From the NCBI GenBank assembly GCA_964230645.1, contig CAXRHT010000001.1, positions 576,001 through 640,000 on the forward strand: DNA of 64,000 nt, written 5' to 3'. The notes under the pieces are model-generated. The model saw only the letters and a program-made list of their open reading frames with translations, made no database searches and was not told the origin of the DNA. Origin of the DNA: Bdellovibrionales bacterium (lineage in GTDB: Bacteria; Bdellovibrionota; Bdellovibrionia; Bdellovibrionales; JAGQZY01). A program made the translations under genes and the position numbers. This document shows positions 38,461 to 50,315 of this stretch, one piece after another; the stretch's first letter is position 1; each line of letters begins with the position of its first letter.

Positions 38461-39660
38461 TTAGTAAGTCACATGATGAGAGAGTGACTCATGAATTCTA
38501 GGATCTTTCACAGGCACAAGGTTATGCTTTCCAAGGAACCTTGAAACTAGGAATAAAAACACTCCAAGGAAACCAATAAACACACCCACTTCCATCCAAG
38601 AGAAAACCACATGGTCTTTATAATTAGGGTAAACCACCCAGTAAAGATCCACGTACTGCATGACCAATACTAAAATACATACCATCACTAAGTGCATGGG
38701 CGTTCTTTTAGCCCATCTTGGGAGTAGCGCTACAAAAGGAACAATAAATTTAAATACGAGGAGAGCCAAAGAGACTTCCATCCACCCACCATGGCTACGG
38801 TGAAGGTAAAACACCGTTTCCTCAGGAAGGTTGGCATACCAAATCAACATAAACTGAGAAAAGGCAATATAAGCCCAGAAAACAGTAAAGCCTTTTAGAA
38901 ATTTGGCCACATCATGGACATGCTCTTCTGTCATAAGGCCAGTGACCCAACCCTTAGAGCGACAGTAAAGAATCATGAGAATTGTAAAAGCCAGAGTGGA
39001 CTGAAACAGTCCCGCAAAACAATAAACTCCCCAAATCGTTGAAAACCAATGAGGTTCGAGACTCATTAAAAGGTCCACACTGAAAAGAGAGTAACTTAAA
39101 GCAAAAACCAAAAGGAAAGCCACAGATACGCGCGTGAGCTTATGAGTCCAAGCCTCGTCGCCATCTTCATCTTGCTTGAGAGAGTAGCCAACGATTTTAG
39201 TGGAGAAAAACCACCAAAGCAGTGCAAAGACAACCATACGAACGGCCCAAAAACCCCAATTCAAATAGGCGTATTTACCAGCGATAATAGGATCATTGAG
39301 ATAAACTTCTTTATCTAGCCAAAGATAAAGGTCCGAGCCTGAGGCCAATAAAACAAGCCCTCCCACTAAAACCACGGGAAGAAAAGCTGTCATACTCTCA
39401 GAGATACGACGAATATTAACACTCCATCCGGCTTGCACCGCATGCTGGATCGCAGAGAAAAAGAGTCCTCCGATCGCTAGAGATGAGAAATAAAAATAGC
39501 TAGTGAGGTAAGAGTGCCAAACTCTCTCTTTATTAAGGATGAATCCGGCAACCAATGAGGCTAAGCCTATACCCATCATAACAAAGAAAATCACTTTGGT
39601 GTTTCCTGGCAGTTCAAACTTTTTTGGCTCCACTTTTTCAACGACTGTATGATTACCCAT
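38461..39660 (-). CDS. actF: Alternative complex III subunit ActF
   Basis: Polytopic; MSLEPHWFSTI, FWAYIAFSQFMLIWYANLPEE. Confidence 0.9.
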   Translation of the reverse strand: MGNHTVVEKVEPKKFELPGNTKVIFFVMMGIGLASLVAGFILNKERVWHSYLTSYFYFSSLAIGGLFFSAIQHAVQAGWSVNIRRISESMTAFLPVVLVGGLVLLASGSDLYLWLDKEVYLNDPIIAGKYAYLNWGFWAVRMVVFALLWWFFSTKIVGYSLKQDEDGDEAWTHKLTRVSVAFLLVFALSYSLFSVDLLMSLEPHWFSTIWGVYCFAGLFQSTLAFTILMILYCRSKGWVTGLMTEEHVHDVAKFLKGFTVFWAYIAFSQFMLIWYANLPEETVFYLHRSHGGWMEVSLALLVFKFIVPFVALLPRWAKRTPMHLVMVCILVLVMQYVDLYWVVYPNYKDHVVFSWMEVGVFIGFLGVFLFLVSRFLGKHNLVPVKDPRIHESLSHHVTY

Positions 39661-40274
39661 TATTTTCCTCGCGATTTCTTTTGAAGTTCTCTAACGTACA
39701 GAACCACAGCCCAACGATCTTTTTCCTTTGGAAGTTGATGGATGTAAGTTCCCATCAGACCCTGACCGTCAGTAATAATATGAAAGATTCTTCCATCGGG
39801 ATAATTTTTAATTTTGTCTGTCACAAGAGAGGGAGGTTTAATACCTACGAATTTATCCGCCACTTGGCCATCGCCCTGTCCACCCGGTCCATGGCAAAGA
39901 AGACAAAAGTTTTTGTAATGTCTTTTACCAAGCTGAACCATGTCCTTTTTGCTGGTGTAAGGGTTAGAGAGCTCCTGCCCCGCTTTCACAGGCTGGCCTT
40001 TGTAAAGATAAGGCTTTACATTCTTTGGCCAACTTCCCTCGGGTGGAACAAGCATAGAGCTCTTCTCTCTATTTTGAGGGTGAAAGTCTTGGGCCTTGAG
40101 AGCTGGCTGCTCTAACATATCTTGAATCAGTTCGACATTGGGCTTATTGCCATCGGGCCCACAACCTGTGAGCACGAGTCCCGCAAAAGTTAACATTGTT
40201 AAAAACGCCACCCCTGCAAAACTAAAGATGAACAAAGTCTTTACCCACTCGAGAATACTTACCGCTGTTTTCAT
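39660..40274 (-). CDS. actE: Alternative complex III monoheme cytochrome c lipoprotein ActE
   Basis: LTGC lipobox, CLLCH, DGRIFHIITDGQGLM. Start at 40274 inferred. Confidence 0.87.
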   Translation of the reverse strand: MKTAVSILEWVKTLFIFSFAGVAFLTMLTFAGLVLTGCGPDGNKPNVELIQDMLEQPALKAQDFHPQNREKSSMLVPPEGSWPKNVKPYLYKGQPVKAGQELSNPYTSKKDMVQLGKRHYKNFCLLCHGPGGQGDGQVADKFVGIKPPSLVTDKIKNYPDGRIFHIITDGQGLMGTYIHQLPKEKDRWAVVLYVRELQKKSRGK

Positions 40275-40275
40275 A

Positions 40276-40800
40276 CTAATACTCCGAAACTCTTTTGACT
40301 TCATCTGCACCAAGCTCTTTCATAAAAGCTTCTACTTTTTCTACGGAATAGCCCTCTTCATTATCAGGGACCCAAAGCGCAAATTTATGAGAGGTTAAAT
40401 CTGGGTCAATAATGGGTGGGTTAATCGTAGGAAGACCATTTAAAATAAACATGGTGATCACTGATGAAAGGGCTGCAAATAAAATTGTAATTTCAAAGGT
40501 GATGGGAATAAAAGCCGGAATAGAGAAAAAAGGCTTTCCTCCCACATTGATCGCCCAACTCACAGCACTGGTCCAATATTGTAATAGTAGACCCGCTCCA
40601 CAACCGGTCACTCCTGCAACAAAAGTGACCCATGGAATCCCTGATCTCTTAATCCCCACAGCTTCTTCCATGCCGTGCACGGGAAAAGGAGTGATGGCAT
40701 CAAACTTTTTATAGCCAGCCTTTCTCATTTTCTCTGCGGCAATTAAAATTTTATCATCATCTAAGAAAATACCAGCCACGCCACTTCTTCTTTTTGCCAT
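40276..40800 (-). CDS. actD: Alternative complex III subunit ActD (DUF3341)
   Basis: TPFPVHG, NVGGKP, FEITILF. Confidence 0.9.
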   Translation of the reverse strand: MAKRRSGVAGIFLDDDKILIAAEKMRKAGYKKFDAITPFPVHGMEEAVGIKRSGIPWVTFVAGVTGCGAGLLLQYWTSAVSWAINVGGKPFFSIPAFIPITFEITILFAALSSVITMFILNGLPTINPPIIDPDLTSHKFALWVPDNEEGYSVEKVEAFMKELGADEVKRVSEY

Positions 40801-42155
40801 TAGTGACCTCCTTTTTTCTTACCAACATAAAGAACCGGCTTGACCTCAGCGATAGAGATCGCAGGGAAGGCCCTTAGATAGAGTAAGAACAGAGTTAGGA
40901 ACATTCCAAAACTTCCAAATAAAATTGCGGCATCATAAAAAGACCAGTCATACATACCCCAGTTGGAAGGCAGGAAGTCTCTATGAAGTGAGGTCACTGT
41001 AATTACGAAACGCTCAAACCACATACCGATGTTTACGAAAATTGATATGACAAACATGATAGGAATACTTCTTCTTGCGGCTCTAAACCAGAAAATCTGT
41101 GGAATGAACACGTTACAAGAGAACATGATCCAGTACGACCACCAGTAAGGTCCGAGCGCTCGGTTGATAAAAGCGTACTGCTCATATTTCACCCCTGAGT
41201 ACCAAGCAATAAAAAGCTCGGAACAATAGGCGTAACCAACGAGCATCCCCGTGCACATGATAATTTTATTCATGGCCTCCATATGATCGATGGTGATGTA
41301 GTCTTTAAACTTGGGAAAACCAATTCGAACAAGAGTGAGCAGTGTTACCACCATTCCGAATCCAGAGAAGATCGCTCCCGCCACAAAATAAGGCGGAAAG
41401 ATTGTTGTGTGCCAGCCAGGAAGAGAGGCCACAGCAAAGTCAAAAGATACGATAGTGTGAACCGAAAGAACGAGTGGAGTCGCAAGACCTGCAAGAAGCA
41501 TATAAACCATTTCGTAATGGCTCCAGTGTCTTGCCGACCCTCTCCAACCAAGAGAAAGTACACCGTAAACGGTCTTTCGCACTTTATTTTTGGCGCGGTC
41601 GCGAACTGTGGCGAAATCAGGAACTAGCCCCACATACCAGAAAACAATGGAAACTGTGGCGTAAGTGGAAACCGCAAAAACGTCCCATAAAAGAGGCGAA
41701 CGGAAGTTCACCCATAGGGGGCCTCTTTGGTTCGGATAAGGAAGAAGCCAGAAATCAAGCCAAGGTCTTCCCGTGTGAATGAGTGGAAAAATCCCGGCTG
41801 TCATTACCGCGAAAACGGTCATAGCCTCTGCACTTCGTGCCACCGAGGTTCTCCACTTCTGTCGGAAAAGAAAAAGGATCGCTGAAATCAAAGTTCCCGC
41901 GTGTCCAATACCAATCCAGAAAACGAAGGTCACAATATCTGTACCCCACCCGACAGGATGGTTGGTTCCCATAAGCCCCATCCCTGTAAAAAGGATGACC
42001 CCTACACTGATCAAATAAAAGATCAAAAGGGATTTGGCTGAGAAGAACATCAGCATCCACTGTTTACCAGGAACGGTTTCAATGGGTTCGCAAATATCGT
42101 CAGTGATATCTTTATACGTTTTATCGCCAAGAATTAAAGGATTACGATCCATCAT
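40800..42155 (-). CDS. actC: Alternative complex III NrfD-type subunit ActC
   Basis: [43 protein letters not shown]. Confidence 0.95.
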   Translation of the reverse strand: MMDRNPLILGDKTYKDITDDICEPIETVPGKQWMLMFFSAKSLLIFYLISVGVILFTGMGLMGTNHPVGWGTDIVTFVFWIGIGHAGTLISAILFLFRQKWRTSVARSAEAMTVFAVMTAGIFPLIHTGRPWLDFWLLPYPNQRGPLWVNFRSPLLWDVFAVSTYATVSIVFWYVGLVPDFATVRDRAKNKVRKTVYGVLSLGWRGSARHWSHYEMVYMLLAGLATPLVLSVHTIVSFDFAVASLPGWHTTIFPPYFVAGAIFSGFGMVVTLLTLVRIGFPKFKDYITIDHMEAMNKIIMCTGMLVGYAYCSELFIAWYSGVKYEQYAFINRALGPYWWSYWIMFSCNVFIPQIFWFRAARRSIPIMFVISIFVNIGMWFERFVITVTSLHRDFLPSNWGMYDWSFYDAAILFGSFGMFLTLFLLYLRAFPAISIAEVKPVLYVGKKKGGH

Positions 42156-45100
42156 TAGTGACCTTCCTTGTGCTCAGTCGCTTCGTGTTTATCGCCATGG
42201 CCGGAACCACCACCGTGATGCCCGCCTCCAAGATCTCTATGAGTGTTTCTAATTTTTGCCTGGTAACGAACACGAGGAGCCGCGTTAAACTCTTCTAAAA
42301 GAGCGTAACTACGCTTTTCTTCGTAATACTTCGCAACCTTACTATCTTTGTCATTCAAATCACCAAAGGTAATTGCATCAGTCGGACAGACTTCCTGACA
42401 AGCGGGAGTGATGTCACCATCCTTAAGGGGACGGTTTTCATCTTTGGCTGTATTTTTTCCAGCCTTAATTCTTTGAACACAGAAAGTACATTTCTCCATA
42501 ACCCCTCGAGTTCTGACAGTAACGTCAGGATTAAGAGCCATATGAAGAGGTTCTTTTCTGTGGTGACCATCATAATAGAACCAGTTAAAACGACGAACTT
42601 TATAAGGGCAGTTATTGGAACAGTATCTCGTTCCCACACAGCGGTTATAAACCATGTCGTTGAGTCCCTCGTCACTGTGAACAGTGGCTAGAACCGGACA
42701 TACCGTTTCACAAGGAGCGTTTTCGCAATGTTGACAAGTCACTGGTTGGAAAATGGCATCCACGGATTTTTTCTCATCACCGCTATAGTAGCGATCGATA
42801 CGAATCCAATGCATCTCACGTCCACCAAGGACATACTTTTTACCAACGACTGGAATATTGTTCTCTGACTGACAAGAAACCACACAAGCGGCACAACCAG
42901 TGCAAGAGTTTAGGTCGATGGCCATGGCCCATTTATGACCTTCATATTTGTGTTTATTCCAAATACTGAAAACCTTGTGTTTATGAAGACCAACATTGCC
43001 AGTGTCTTTATAATGATCGGCCGTTGTTTCAACAGCCAGTTGTCGGCCGTGCATGGTGTGATGGCCTTGAGTCTGCGCCAATTGATAAGTCTCGCCACCG
43101 ACATTTGAAATTTCAACAGGAAAACCTGAGTACTCAAAAAGCCCTCGGTCCATCTGGATAAAGTCTTGAACATTAAAGCCAACACCTTTTTGTAACTCTC
43201 CCCCTTCACGTCGCCCGTAACCAATGGCCACAGCCACAGCCCCAGGATTTTGACCAGGAGAAATATAAACCGGAAGCTTCATGCTATGGGACGAAGTTTT
43301 TACTTCAACCATGCTACCGTCACGCAGACCTTTTTTGTCCGCAAGAACGGGAGAGATCACTAGGTAGTTGTCCCAACAAATTTTTGAAACGGGATCTGGT
43401 AACTCTTGCAACCAAGAGACGTTGGCCATTGAACCATCGTGCAAACCCACTTTGGTGTAGAGTGCTAATTCTAAGTCTGATCCTTCAAGGGTCACCTTCA
43501 CTTTATTTAAAGCCGAAGGGTTGAAACCAAGAGTTCTTTCAACTCCTCCGTAGGTGTCTCCTTGGAAACCGGTTTGTAGAAGACTGTACCAGGCTTTTTC
43601 ACTCCCCACCTGCTTCATCCAAGAGGCTTTCAAATAGTCATAGAAAGTTTCTTCGCTAGTCACAGGCTTTTCTAAACCTTTTGACCAAGCCATTAAACTG
43701 TCTCCTAGAGAGCGAGTGTTATGAAGAGGGCGAATGGTCGGCTGCTGAACAGTCACAAGACCTGGTTCGAATTCGTTGTCACCCCAATTTTCCATTTGAT
43801 GCCCACTCGGCGCAACAAGGTCGGCTAAGCTTGTCGTTTCATCCATCCAATTGTTGGTAGAAATGACGAGTTTTACATTTCCAAGCGCCTTTTTAAACTC
43901 ATCGCTGTTAGGCAAGTTGTACATGGGGTTGGCGTCATTAATGATCAAAGTCTTAACTTCACCAGCGTTCATCTTCTCAATTAACTGAGTGAGGTCGGTG
44001 TCTCGACCTTGATAAGTCAATAAACCGTGAGACCAGTGAATGGTGGAACCATTATTATTTAAGAGATCATTGAGGTAATTGACCGCGATTTGAAGAGAGA
44101 CAGAGTCTTTCGTTTTAGCCTGAAGACCACCAGCAATAACGATACTTGAACCGCCATTGGACCAAAGGTTCTCAACAACTCTAGCAAAGTCTTCGTGGCT
44201 CATGCCAATTTCTTCATAGGTTGAGGCGTATTTTTTAACAAGAGATCCAAAAGAGCCTGAAACAGAACCGTGACCTTGAACAGCGGTCAACTCATGAATC
44301 ATGGCCAGCACAAGTGGCAACTGTTGAGACGGCTTAATCGGATAATTGTCATCGGAGTTAAGCGAGGTCAAACTCGGTACCGACTGAAAGGATACCAGCT
44401 TTGACATATTCCCTTGAGGATCACGTGCCTTTTGGAAAAGCCTTGAGGATTCCATAGGGTTGAGGTGAGTTCCTAAAAAGTCTGCGTCAATCGAAACGAT
44501 CATTTGAGCTAATTCGTAACGATACTTAGGAACACTGGCTTTTCCAAAGCTTTCCTTGGATGCCTGTAGAATATCTTCCTGGTTAACAGGCGACCAACGA
44601 TGCAAAGTCGCACCCGTGTTTTCCACGAAACGATCGATAATATTGTTGAGACTGGGGGACGGCGTTTCACCGGTTAGAAAGTGAACACCACCCTCTTTGA
44701 GACCTTCCACCGCTTTTTTATCTAAACTTTCCCAGTCTCTAGGAATAGAGAGTTTGTTTCCTCTTTTCTTAGGGTCTTGGGAGTTGATCGTTGGATTTCT
44801 TAGACGATCTGGATCGTAAAGACTAAGTAGTTGAGAGGTTCCACGAACACTCATCCCCGGGCCGTTGGCTGGGTAGTCGCTATTGCCTTTTACAAAAAGA
44901 GGACGCCCTTCACGAGTCTTGACCGTGATACCAAAACCCTCGCGCCCATCAAAGAAGCTTGAAGCGTAAAAGTTATCAAGTCCCGGAATAACCTCTGAGG
45001 GTCTCTTGTTATAAGGAATGATTTTTTGAACCGGCCTTCTGACACAGGCGGCACCGGAAAGAGCAATACTGGCTCCCATTAGTTTCATAAATTGTCTTCG

Positions 45101-45256
45101 GGCCAGTCCGCTTTTATCATCTTCGGCTTGAAGAGGAGAGGACTGGAATTCTTTTTCGGCCTGCTGGAGGAACTCATCGGTTTGGTACTTTTCGTCCAAG
45201 CTTTTCCAGTAATTGCGAGTCGACTTCATTTCTTGCTGCTGTTTATCCATACTCAC
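42155..45256 (-). CDS. actB: Alternative complex III ActB (molybdopterin-fold plus Fe-S domain)
   Basis: [43 protein letters not shown]. Confidence 0.95.
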   Translation of the reverse strand: MSMDKQQQEMKSTRNYWKSLDEKYQTDEFLQQAEKEFQSSPLQAEDDKSGLARRQFMKLMGASIALSGAACVRRPVQKIIPYNKRPSEVIPGLDNFYASSFFDGREGFGITVKTREGRPLFVKGNSDYPANGPGMSVRGTSQLLSLYDPDRLRNPTINSQDPKKRGNKLSIPRDWESLDKKAVEGLKEGGVHFLTGETPSPSLNNIIDRFVENTGATLHRWSPVNQEDILQASKESFGKASVPKYRYELAQMIVSIDADFLGTHLNPMESSRLFQKARDPQGNMSKLVSFQSVPSLTSLNSDDNYPIKPSQQLPLVLAMIHELTAVQGHGSVSGSFGSLVKKYASTYEEIGMSHEDFARVVENLWSNGGSSIVIAGGLQAKTKDSVSLQIAVNYLNDLLNNNGSTIHWSHGLLTYQGRDTDLTQLIEKMNAGEVKTLIINDANPMYNLPNSDEFKKALGNVKLVISTNNWMDETTSLADLVAPSGHQMENWGDNEFEPGLVTVQQPTIRPLHNTRSLGDSLMAWSKGLEKPVTSEETFYDYLKASWMKQVGSEKAWYSLLQTGFQGDTYGGVERTLGFNPSALNKVKVTLEGSDLELALYTKVGLHDGSMANVSWLQELPDPVSKICWDNYLVISPVLADKKGLRDGSMVEVKTSSHSMKLPVYISPGQNPGAVAVAIGYGRREGGELQKGVGFNVQDFIQMDRGLFEYSGFPVEISNVGGETYQLAQTQGHHTMHGRQLAVETTADHYKDTGNVGLHKHKVFSIWNKHKYEGHKWAMAIDLNSCTGCAACVVSCQSENNIPVVGKKYVLGGREMHWIRIDRYYSGDEKKSVDAIFQPVTCQHCENAPCETVCPVLATVHSDEGLNDMVYNRCVGTRYCSNNCPYKVRRFNWFYYDGHHRKEPLHMALNPDVTVRTRGVMEKCTFCVQRIKAGKNTAKDENRPLKDGDITPACQEVCPTDAITFGDLNDKDSKVAKYYEEKRSYALLEEFNAAPRVRYQAKIRNTHRDLGGGHHGGGSGHGDKHEATEHKEGH

Positions 45257-45266
45257 TACCTCTCTC

Positions 45267-45809
45267 TCAATTATGACAGGTTGAACAGTTTAAAGGGCCT
45301 TGAGGATCTTGTTCTCTGTGGCAATTCACACACCAACCCATGGAGAGGCTGCTATGTTGCTCAACCACATCCATCTTTTTAATATCACCATGACAGGTGT
45401 TACAGGCTGGATAGCGATCATCAGGGGTGCTAAAACGATGAACGTGACGTTTGTGATTAAACTTCACGTGGTCTGGTAACATATGAACTTTCACCCAGTT
45501 CACCGTCTCCCCATCGAAGTACTTCTTTCTTAGTTTTTGAATTTCTGGTTTGTCGATCGCAACAACCTGGTGGCAATTCATACAAATATTAAGACTGGGA
45601 ACAGCAGAGTGCTTCGCCACTTCCACTTGTGTGTGACAGTACACACAAGCCATCTTGTATTTTCCCGCGTGAAGTTTGTGAGAAAACTTGATGGGTTGTT
45701 CTGGTTTATACCCTTTGTTGTATCCTATGCTTCCCCACTCACATTGACTGCAGAAAAGCATAATTAATAACAAGGGAAAGAATTTTATCGATCGCTGAAT
45801 CAAGAACAT
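45267..45809 (-). CDS. actA: Alternative complex III pentaheme cytochrome ActA
   Basis: QPIKFSHKLH; five CxxCH motifs. Start at MFLIQ (GGAG SD). Confidence 0.92.
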   Translation of the reverse strand: MFLIQRSIKFFPLLLIMLFCSQCEWGSIGYNKGYKPEQPIKFSHKLHAGKYKMACVYCHTQVEVAKHSAVPSLNICMNCHQVVAIDKPEIQKLRKKYFDGETVNWVKVHMLPDHVKFNHKRHVHRFSTPDDRYPACNTCHGDIKKMDVVEQHSSLSMGWCVNCHREQDPQGPLNCSTCHN

Positions 45810-46301
45810 CGACTCTCCTTCAACTGCACCGTTCACCGGTGCGACCAACTCAGTAGACCCAAGAGTACGCGAAAATCGTACTGATCAAGGGCGCGATTTA
45901 ATTTTCAAAAGCCTTTCACTTGTAAAAGAAATACCCGTGCTTGTTAAGGATTTTACGAATCTGCATTAAGATTGTGCAGGCTATGCCGCGCACTATCAAT
46001 CTGAGGGCTGTTGTGAAAAAGAGACGATTTTGTCTTTTTTTGCAAAAATCACTCAACACTCTCCAAGCCGAAGGAAGCAAAATAAAAAAAAGCATCGTGT
46101 GGGGCACGATGCTTTCGGGGTATGGGATATGGGGATTTGGGATCTATGAAGGCCTTCGACACTGTCTCCAACCTTCTGACTTTATATATATTCATTTTTA
46201 GTGCCAATTTTGAATGCTCATCTCAAATTAACAGCTCTCCCATTTGGCTCTCACTCGAAAATTTAGCAAGACGCTCTAAAACGGCACCCCCCTGCCAAGA
46301 C

Positions 46302-48014
46302 TTAAAACAATTGAGCCTGACTCCAAAAGTTCTCTAACTTTGCAAAATATGTTTCATCCTGAGACTCTCCAACCAGAGGCGCACCTTCTTGACGAACTTG
46401 CAGAGCCGCCTCTTTGAAACTAAGGCCTTTGATTTTGAGTTCTAAAACCTCTCTCATCCGTTTCTCGTAAACAACGCCTCCACTCACACAGGGCAGAGGG
46501 TTTTCGATATCTGGTATATACGCACTTATTAGTAGAGCTGTTTTTAAATCTTTGCCGCTAACCCCTGGAAAGCTCTCAGCCACGCGAGCCACAACATTGA
46601 GTGCCTTGGGTGTTGCCATGGATGTTCCAGAAAGCGGGCCGTAACTTCCACCTAAAAAGGCCGCCATCACATCCGTTCCTGGAGCGAAAATATCGGCTGA
46701 CTGTTTTCCGTAACTGGAAAAATCGGCTTTTATGGCATATTCAGGATCCGGAGTCTCCTGCCACTCCGCCGCCGCAAGGGCCCCCACCACGACCATATTA
46801 TCGTGCTGCCATCCTGCTGGAAATTTGGGGAACTCGTCCAAATCGCTAACGGAGTTACCAGCGGCAATAAAGAAAAGAGCGTCGGATTGGGATTCAATCA
46901 ACTCTTCTAGAGCAATAAAGGATTCCCGTGGTGGCGCCATCCCTCCGGGAGTTTCAAAGGAAAAACTCATGTTCACAAAGCGGGCTTTATGAGTTTTGAT
47001 AAATTCTCCTATGCGCGCAAGTTGAGCGGGGTTGGTGTAATTTCCAGCAAAACCGGCCAGCGACCATCTTTCAATTCCGTCCATTGCCAAACTGGCCACA
47101 TGGGTTCCATGGGAAATAATGGGGCGGAGTTTATCGTTAAAGAGAAAGGATTCTCTTAAATCGTTTATGGGCTCTCCCCCTTGAACCTGATTCACCCCAT
47201 AAACGTCATCCACAAGACCGTTACCATCGTTATCAAAACCGTCGAATGTCTCTTTGGGGTTTTGATACCAGTGAGAAACTAAATCCGGGTGATCGGTTTC
47301 AAAACCAGAATCAATAACCACGACACCTAGGGGTTTAGGGGCAGGCCATGAATTCTCCTCATACAGCTCATCAAATCTTACTGGTCCCTGGCTGGAATAA
47401 TCACTGATGACTTGTTGATCTCGGTTAAGTCTTCGCACACCCACCACCCGTACATCCAAAACAACCTGCGCGCTGGGATCATTGACAGTGTACTCTTCAT
47501 AAAACTCCACCTCTTCGTTATCGTCATAGAAAATTTTGAAAAGAGGGATGTCGGTCCCTTCTACATACTCCAGGTAAAGAACCAAGCGAGAGTCCGTTTT
47601 ATTTTCATTTTCTTCGTATATCCATTCGGCAAGTTTGAGTGGAAGGACTTGCCCTGGAATATCACGCACATGGGTTTTCTTTTTAATATAGGCTCGAAAG
47701 GGCTCAACAGAATAAGAGGTCTTTATATAGCTACCATCGGAAAGCTCCTCAATATCCCCCTCATAGGTCTGCTCTTGATCGATATTATAAATCTTTACAC
47801 TAACCCTCTGACCATTTTCGTAGAAAACAGATTTAGAAAGCTTTGATGGGTCAGAAAACAATCGGTCGACACGAACCAATTCACCAGACTCGTTACAGTA
47901 GTTGCGATATCTATCCTCTTCATTACCGAGAGGATGATCCGGACAGAGAATTTCCATAGACATAGCCTGAAAACTCATGAGCAAACTCAAGATGAGAAAT
48001 AAACCCCTATTCAT
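46302..48014 (-). CDS. Secreted S8 subtilisin-like protease with N-terminal extra domain
   Basis: VIDSG, HGTHVA, AAGN, GTSMATP; signal peptide from MNRGL. Confidence 0.92.
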   Translation of the reverse strand: MNRGLFLILSLLMSFQAMSMEILCPDHPLGNEEDRYRNYCNESGELVRVDRLFSDPSKLSKSVFYENGQRVSVKIYNIDQEQTYEGDIEELSDGSYIKTSYSVEPFRAYIKKKTHVRDIPGQVLPLKLAEWIYEENENKTDSRLVLYLEYVEGTDIPLFKIFYDDNEEVEFYEEYTVNDPSAQVVLDVRVVGVRRLNRDQQVISDYSSQGPVRFDELYEENSWPAPKPLGVVVIDSGFETDHPDLVSHWYQNPKETFDGFDNDGNGLVDDVYGVNQVQGGEPINDLRESFLFNDKLRPIISHGTHVASLAMDGIERWSLAGFAGNYTNPAQLARIGEFIKTHKARFVNMSFSFETPGGMAPPRESFIALEELIESQSDALFFIAAGNSVSDLDEFPKFPAGWQHDNMVVVGALAAAEWQETPDPEYAIKADFSSYGKQSADIFAPGTDVMAAFLGGSYGPLSGTSMATPKALNVVARVAESFPGVSGKDLKTALLISAYIPDIENPLPCVSGGVVYEKRMREVLELKIKGLSFKEAALQVRQEGAPLVGESQDETYFAKLENFWSQAQLF

Positions 48015-48131
48015 TTTTGACCCCTTGTTAAACAGTGGAAAACCTAGCACAAGCCCTAGAGAACATCTCTTAGGAGTCATGAAATGAATTTTTTTCTGTT
48101 TTTTTTACAGGCTGTCAGTTAGGTAATAGGT

Positions 48132-48647
48132 ATGACAGTAGAAAATCCCGGAACTCACCCTCCCATTGGAATCTTGAGTGTGCTGATGGATGAAAAGACT
48201 CAGCAATACCTAAATCAGTGGCGTGAGCAATATTTTCCTGAATCGATTAATTATTTACAGGCCCATATCACTTTGTTTCATAAATTAGATTTGGAAAAAT
48301 TTGAATCGATGGATGAGTTGCCGGCTCAACCCAAAAACAATTTGGAATTAAATTTCGACAAAGTGTATTTTCTCGGCAAAGGTTTTGCTATTGAAGCTCT
48401 CTGCCCTCCCCTTTTAGAATTTCACCATAGATTTCAAAAACTCTATTTTTCAGAGCTCTCAAAGCAGGATCAGCAAAAAAAGAAGTTACACGTCACTCTT
48501 CAAAACAAAGTCTCTCCCGACAAAGCTAAAAAAGACTTCGAAGATTTTAAGGTTAAGTTCCAAGGATTTAGAGGAGAGGCCATAGGCTTAAGCCTTCATC
48601 ACTACCAAGGAGGTCCTTGGCAGAAAGTGAAAGACTTTATGTTCTGA
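48132..48647 (+). CDS. 2H phosphoesterase (2'-5' RNA ligase family)
   Basis: Two HxT motifs (HITL, HVTL). Confidence 0.85.
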   Translation: MTVENPGTHPPIGILSVLMDEKTQQYLNQWREQYFPESINYLQAHITLFHKLDLEKFESMDELPAQPKNNLELNFDKVYFLGKGFAIEALCPPLLEFHHRFQKLYFSELSKQDQQKKKLHVTLQNKVSPDKAKKDFEDFKVKFQGFRGEAIGLSLHHYQGGPWQKVKDFMF

Positions 48648-48692
48648 TATTCATAAAATTGCATCCGATAGGATCGATATGAAAGAACGAAT

Positions 48693-50315
48693 TTACTTAG
48701 CCTCATTCAACGAAGCTTTTTCTACAAAGTAAGCATAGCCAACATAGAGCACATGCAGGATCACAAACCCAGACACATACTGAATGCCTCCCGCTCCAAA
48801 ACCATAGGAATGGAGTCCCGCACCTAATACGAAGTTTACTCCGTACCAGGCCATGATCACTAAACTAAATGAGATAATGCTTCCGGCGAGCATTCCGAAA
48901 TCTTTCACCCATCCCACAAGGCGCGCATGTAAAATGGCGAGATAACCCATCAAAGCAATAAAGGCCCACGTCTCCTTAGGGTCCCATCCCCAAAAACGTC
49001 CCCATGAGTAGTCAGCCCACACACCGCCGAGAATCGTACCCGCAGTCAATAAAACCACTCCCACCTGAATGAGGTTATAGCAAACCTGAGCGAGCTCTCG
49101 GATTTTAGCCCGGTGTTTTTTCTTGTCCTTAACATGAAGAAAAATTCCATAATCACCAATTCCAAAAGCCAAGAAAAAAGCGGCGTAACTCAAAGTGATA
49201 GTCATTACGTGAATGGTGAGCCACAGATTACTTCTTAGGACAGGTTCTAAGGGTTGAAGAGTGCTATCAAGAATAACAGGAGCAAAATCCGCTACAATCA
49301 TACATAAAGTCGCTACAATGGCACCAACTAAAACAATCCATTTTTTCTTTTTAAGAAAACTAAAAATCGCAGCAAAGAGAAAAACACCCCATCCCACCCA
49401 AACAACAGTTTCATACATATTAGAAACAGGCGGCCTTGAAGTGATAATACACCTTAATGCAAATCCATAAGTGTGAAAGATAAAGGCCAGCGCCATTACA
49501 CCGATTCCAAGCTTTGCTAGTAAACCGGGAAGAGCAATGAAAGAGAAGGCCATCAGGAGGCTTCCTAAAAGATACAGAATCCAAGTCCAAAGAAATGGTT
49601 TTAACTTCTGATAATGAACCTCTGTGGCCATATCACTAGCTGTGGGATAAATATCTCCGCCTTGCTCTCTTGCTTGAGCTGTAAACTTATCAATTTCCTC
49701 TTGGAGTTTCGCTTTAGACCCCTCTCCTGAATCAGGCTTTACGAAGGTTTCACTATAGAGACTTAAAATTTTAAAAAAGCTCTCACTTTTTTCCGAATCT
49801 AGATCTCTGAGTGGAATCCAGAAAGTGGACTCTCCGCCTTTTTCTGGGGGAAAAACTTTAATCCCACCTTGTGTGATACCGTGAAAGGTCATCAACTGAC
49901 TCTGCAAGCGTTGGATGGCTTGATAATAGGCATTGAGCTTTTCTTTGCGCCCTAAACGGACCTGCAAATCACTAAACAAAATATTGAGACGATTATGAGT
50001 GCCAATGGTGTTTGGGGAAAAATACTTTTTGTCTTTAGGAAACTTTAGCGCCTCTTTTAGACCATGGTGGTCTATCTTGATAAAATCTTTATCCATCCAG
50101 GGCTCAGGAACAAGCATCCAAGTGGTGAAGATATCTAGAGCTGGCTTACCTTCAAATTTCGATTTCCCATGAATGAGTTGTAAAGATTCTTGAGCCACTG
50201 TGATGAGTGGCTTCACTCGGCCAGCATCTTGAACCGGCAAACTTTCAAAACTGTGTCCTTGGGCCCAGAGGGAGGGCGAAAAGAACATAGCAAAAATTAA
50301 GAGAATATTTTTCAT
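48693..50315 (-). CDS. ccsA: Cytochrome c biogenesis protein CcsA/ResC
   Basis: WADYSWGRFWGWDPKE, GLHSYG. Confidence 0.95.
   Translation of the reverse strand: MKNILLIFAMFFSPSLWAQGHSFESLPVQDAGRVKPLITVAQESLQLIHGKSKFEGKPALDIFTTWMLVPEPWMDKDFIKIDHHGLKEALKFPKDKKYFSPNTIGTHNRLNILFSDLQVRLGRKEKLNAYYQAIQRLQSQLMTFHGITQGGIKVFPPEKGGESTFWIPLRDLDSEKSESFFKILSLYSETFVKPDSGEGSKAKLQEEIDKFTAQAREQGGDIYPTASDMATEVHYQKLKPFLWTWILYLLGSLLMAFSFIALPGLLAKLGIGVMALAFIFHTYGFALRCIITSRPPVSNMYETVVWVGWGVFLFAAIFSFLKKKKWIVLVGAIVATLCMIVADFAPVILDSTLQPLEPVLRSNLWLTIHVMTITLSYAAFFLAFGIGDYGIFLHVKDKKKHRAKIRELAQVCYNLIQVGVVLLTAGTILGGVWADYSWGRFWGWDPKETWAFIALMGYLAILHARLVGWVKDFGMLAGSIISFSLVIMAWYGVNFVLGAGLHSYGFGAGGIQYVSGFVILHVLYVGYAYFVEKASLNEAK

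Noticed and set aside
45849..46301. Short ORFs and FNR/sigma54 sites upstream of actA
   Set aside because: No SD or recognisable motifs; candidate boxes lack correct spacing.
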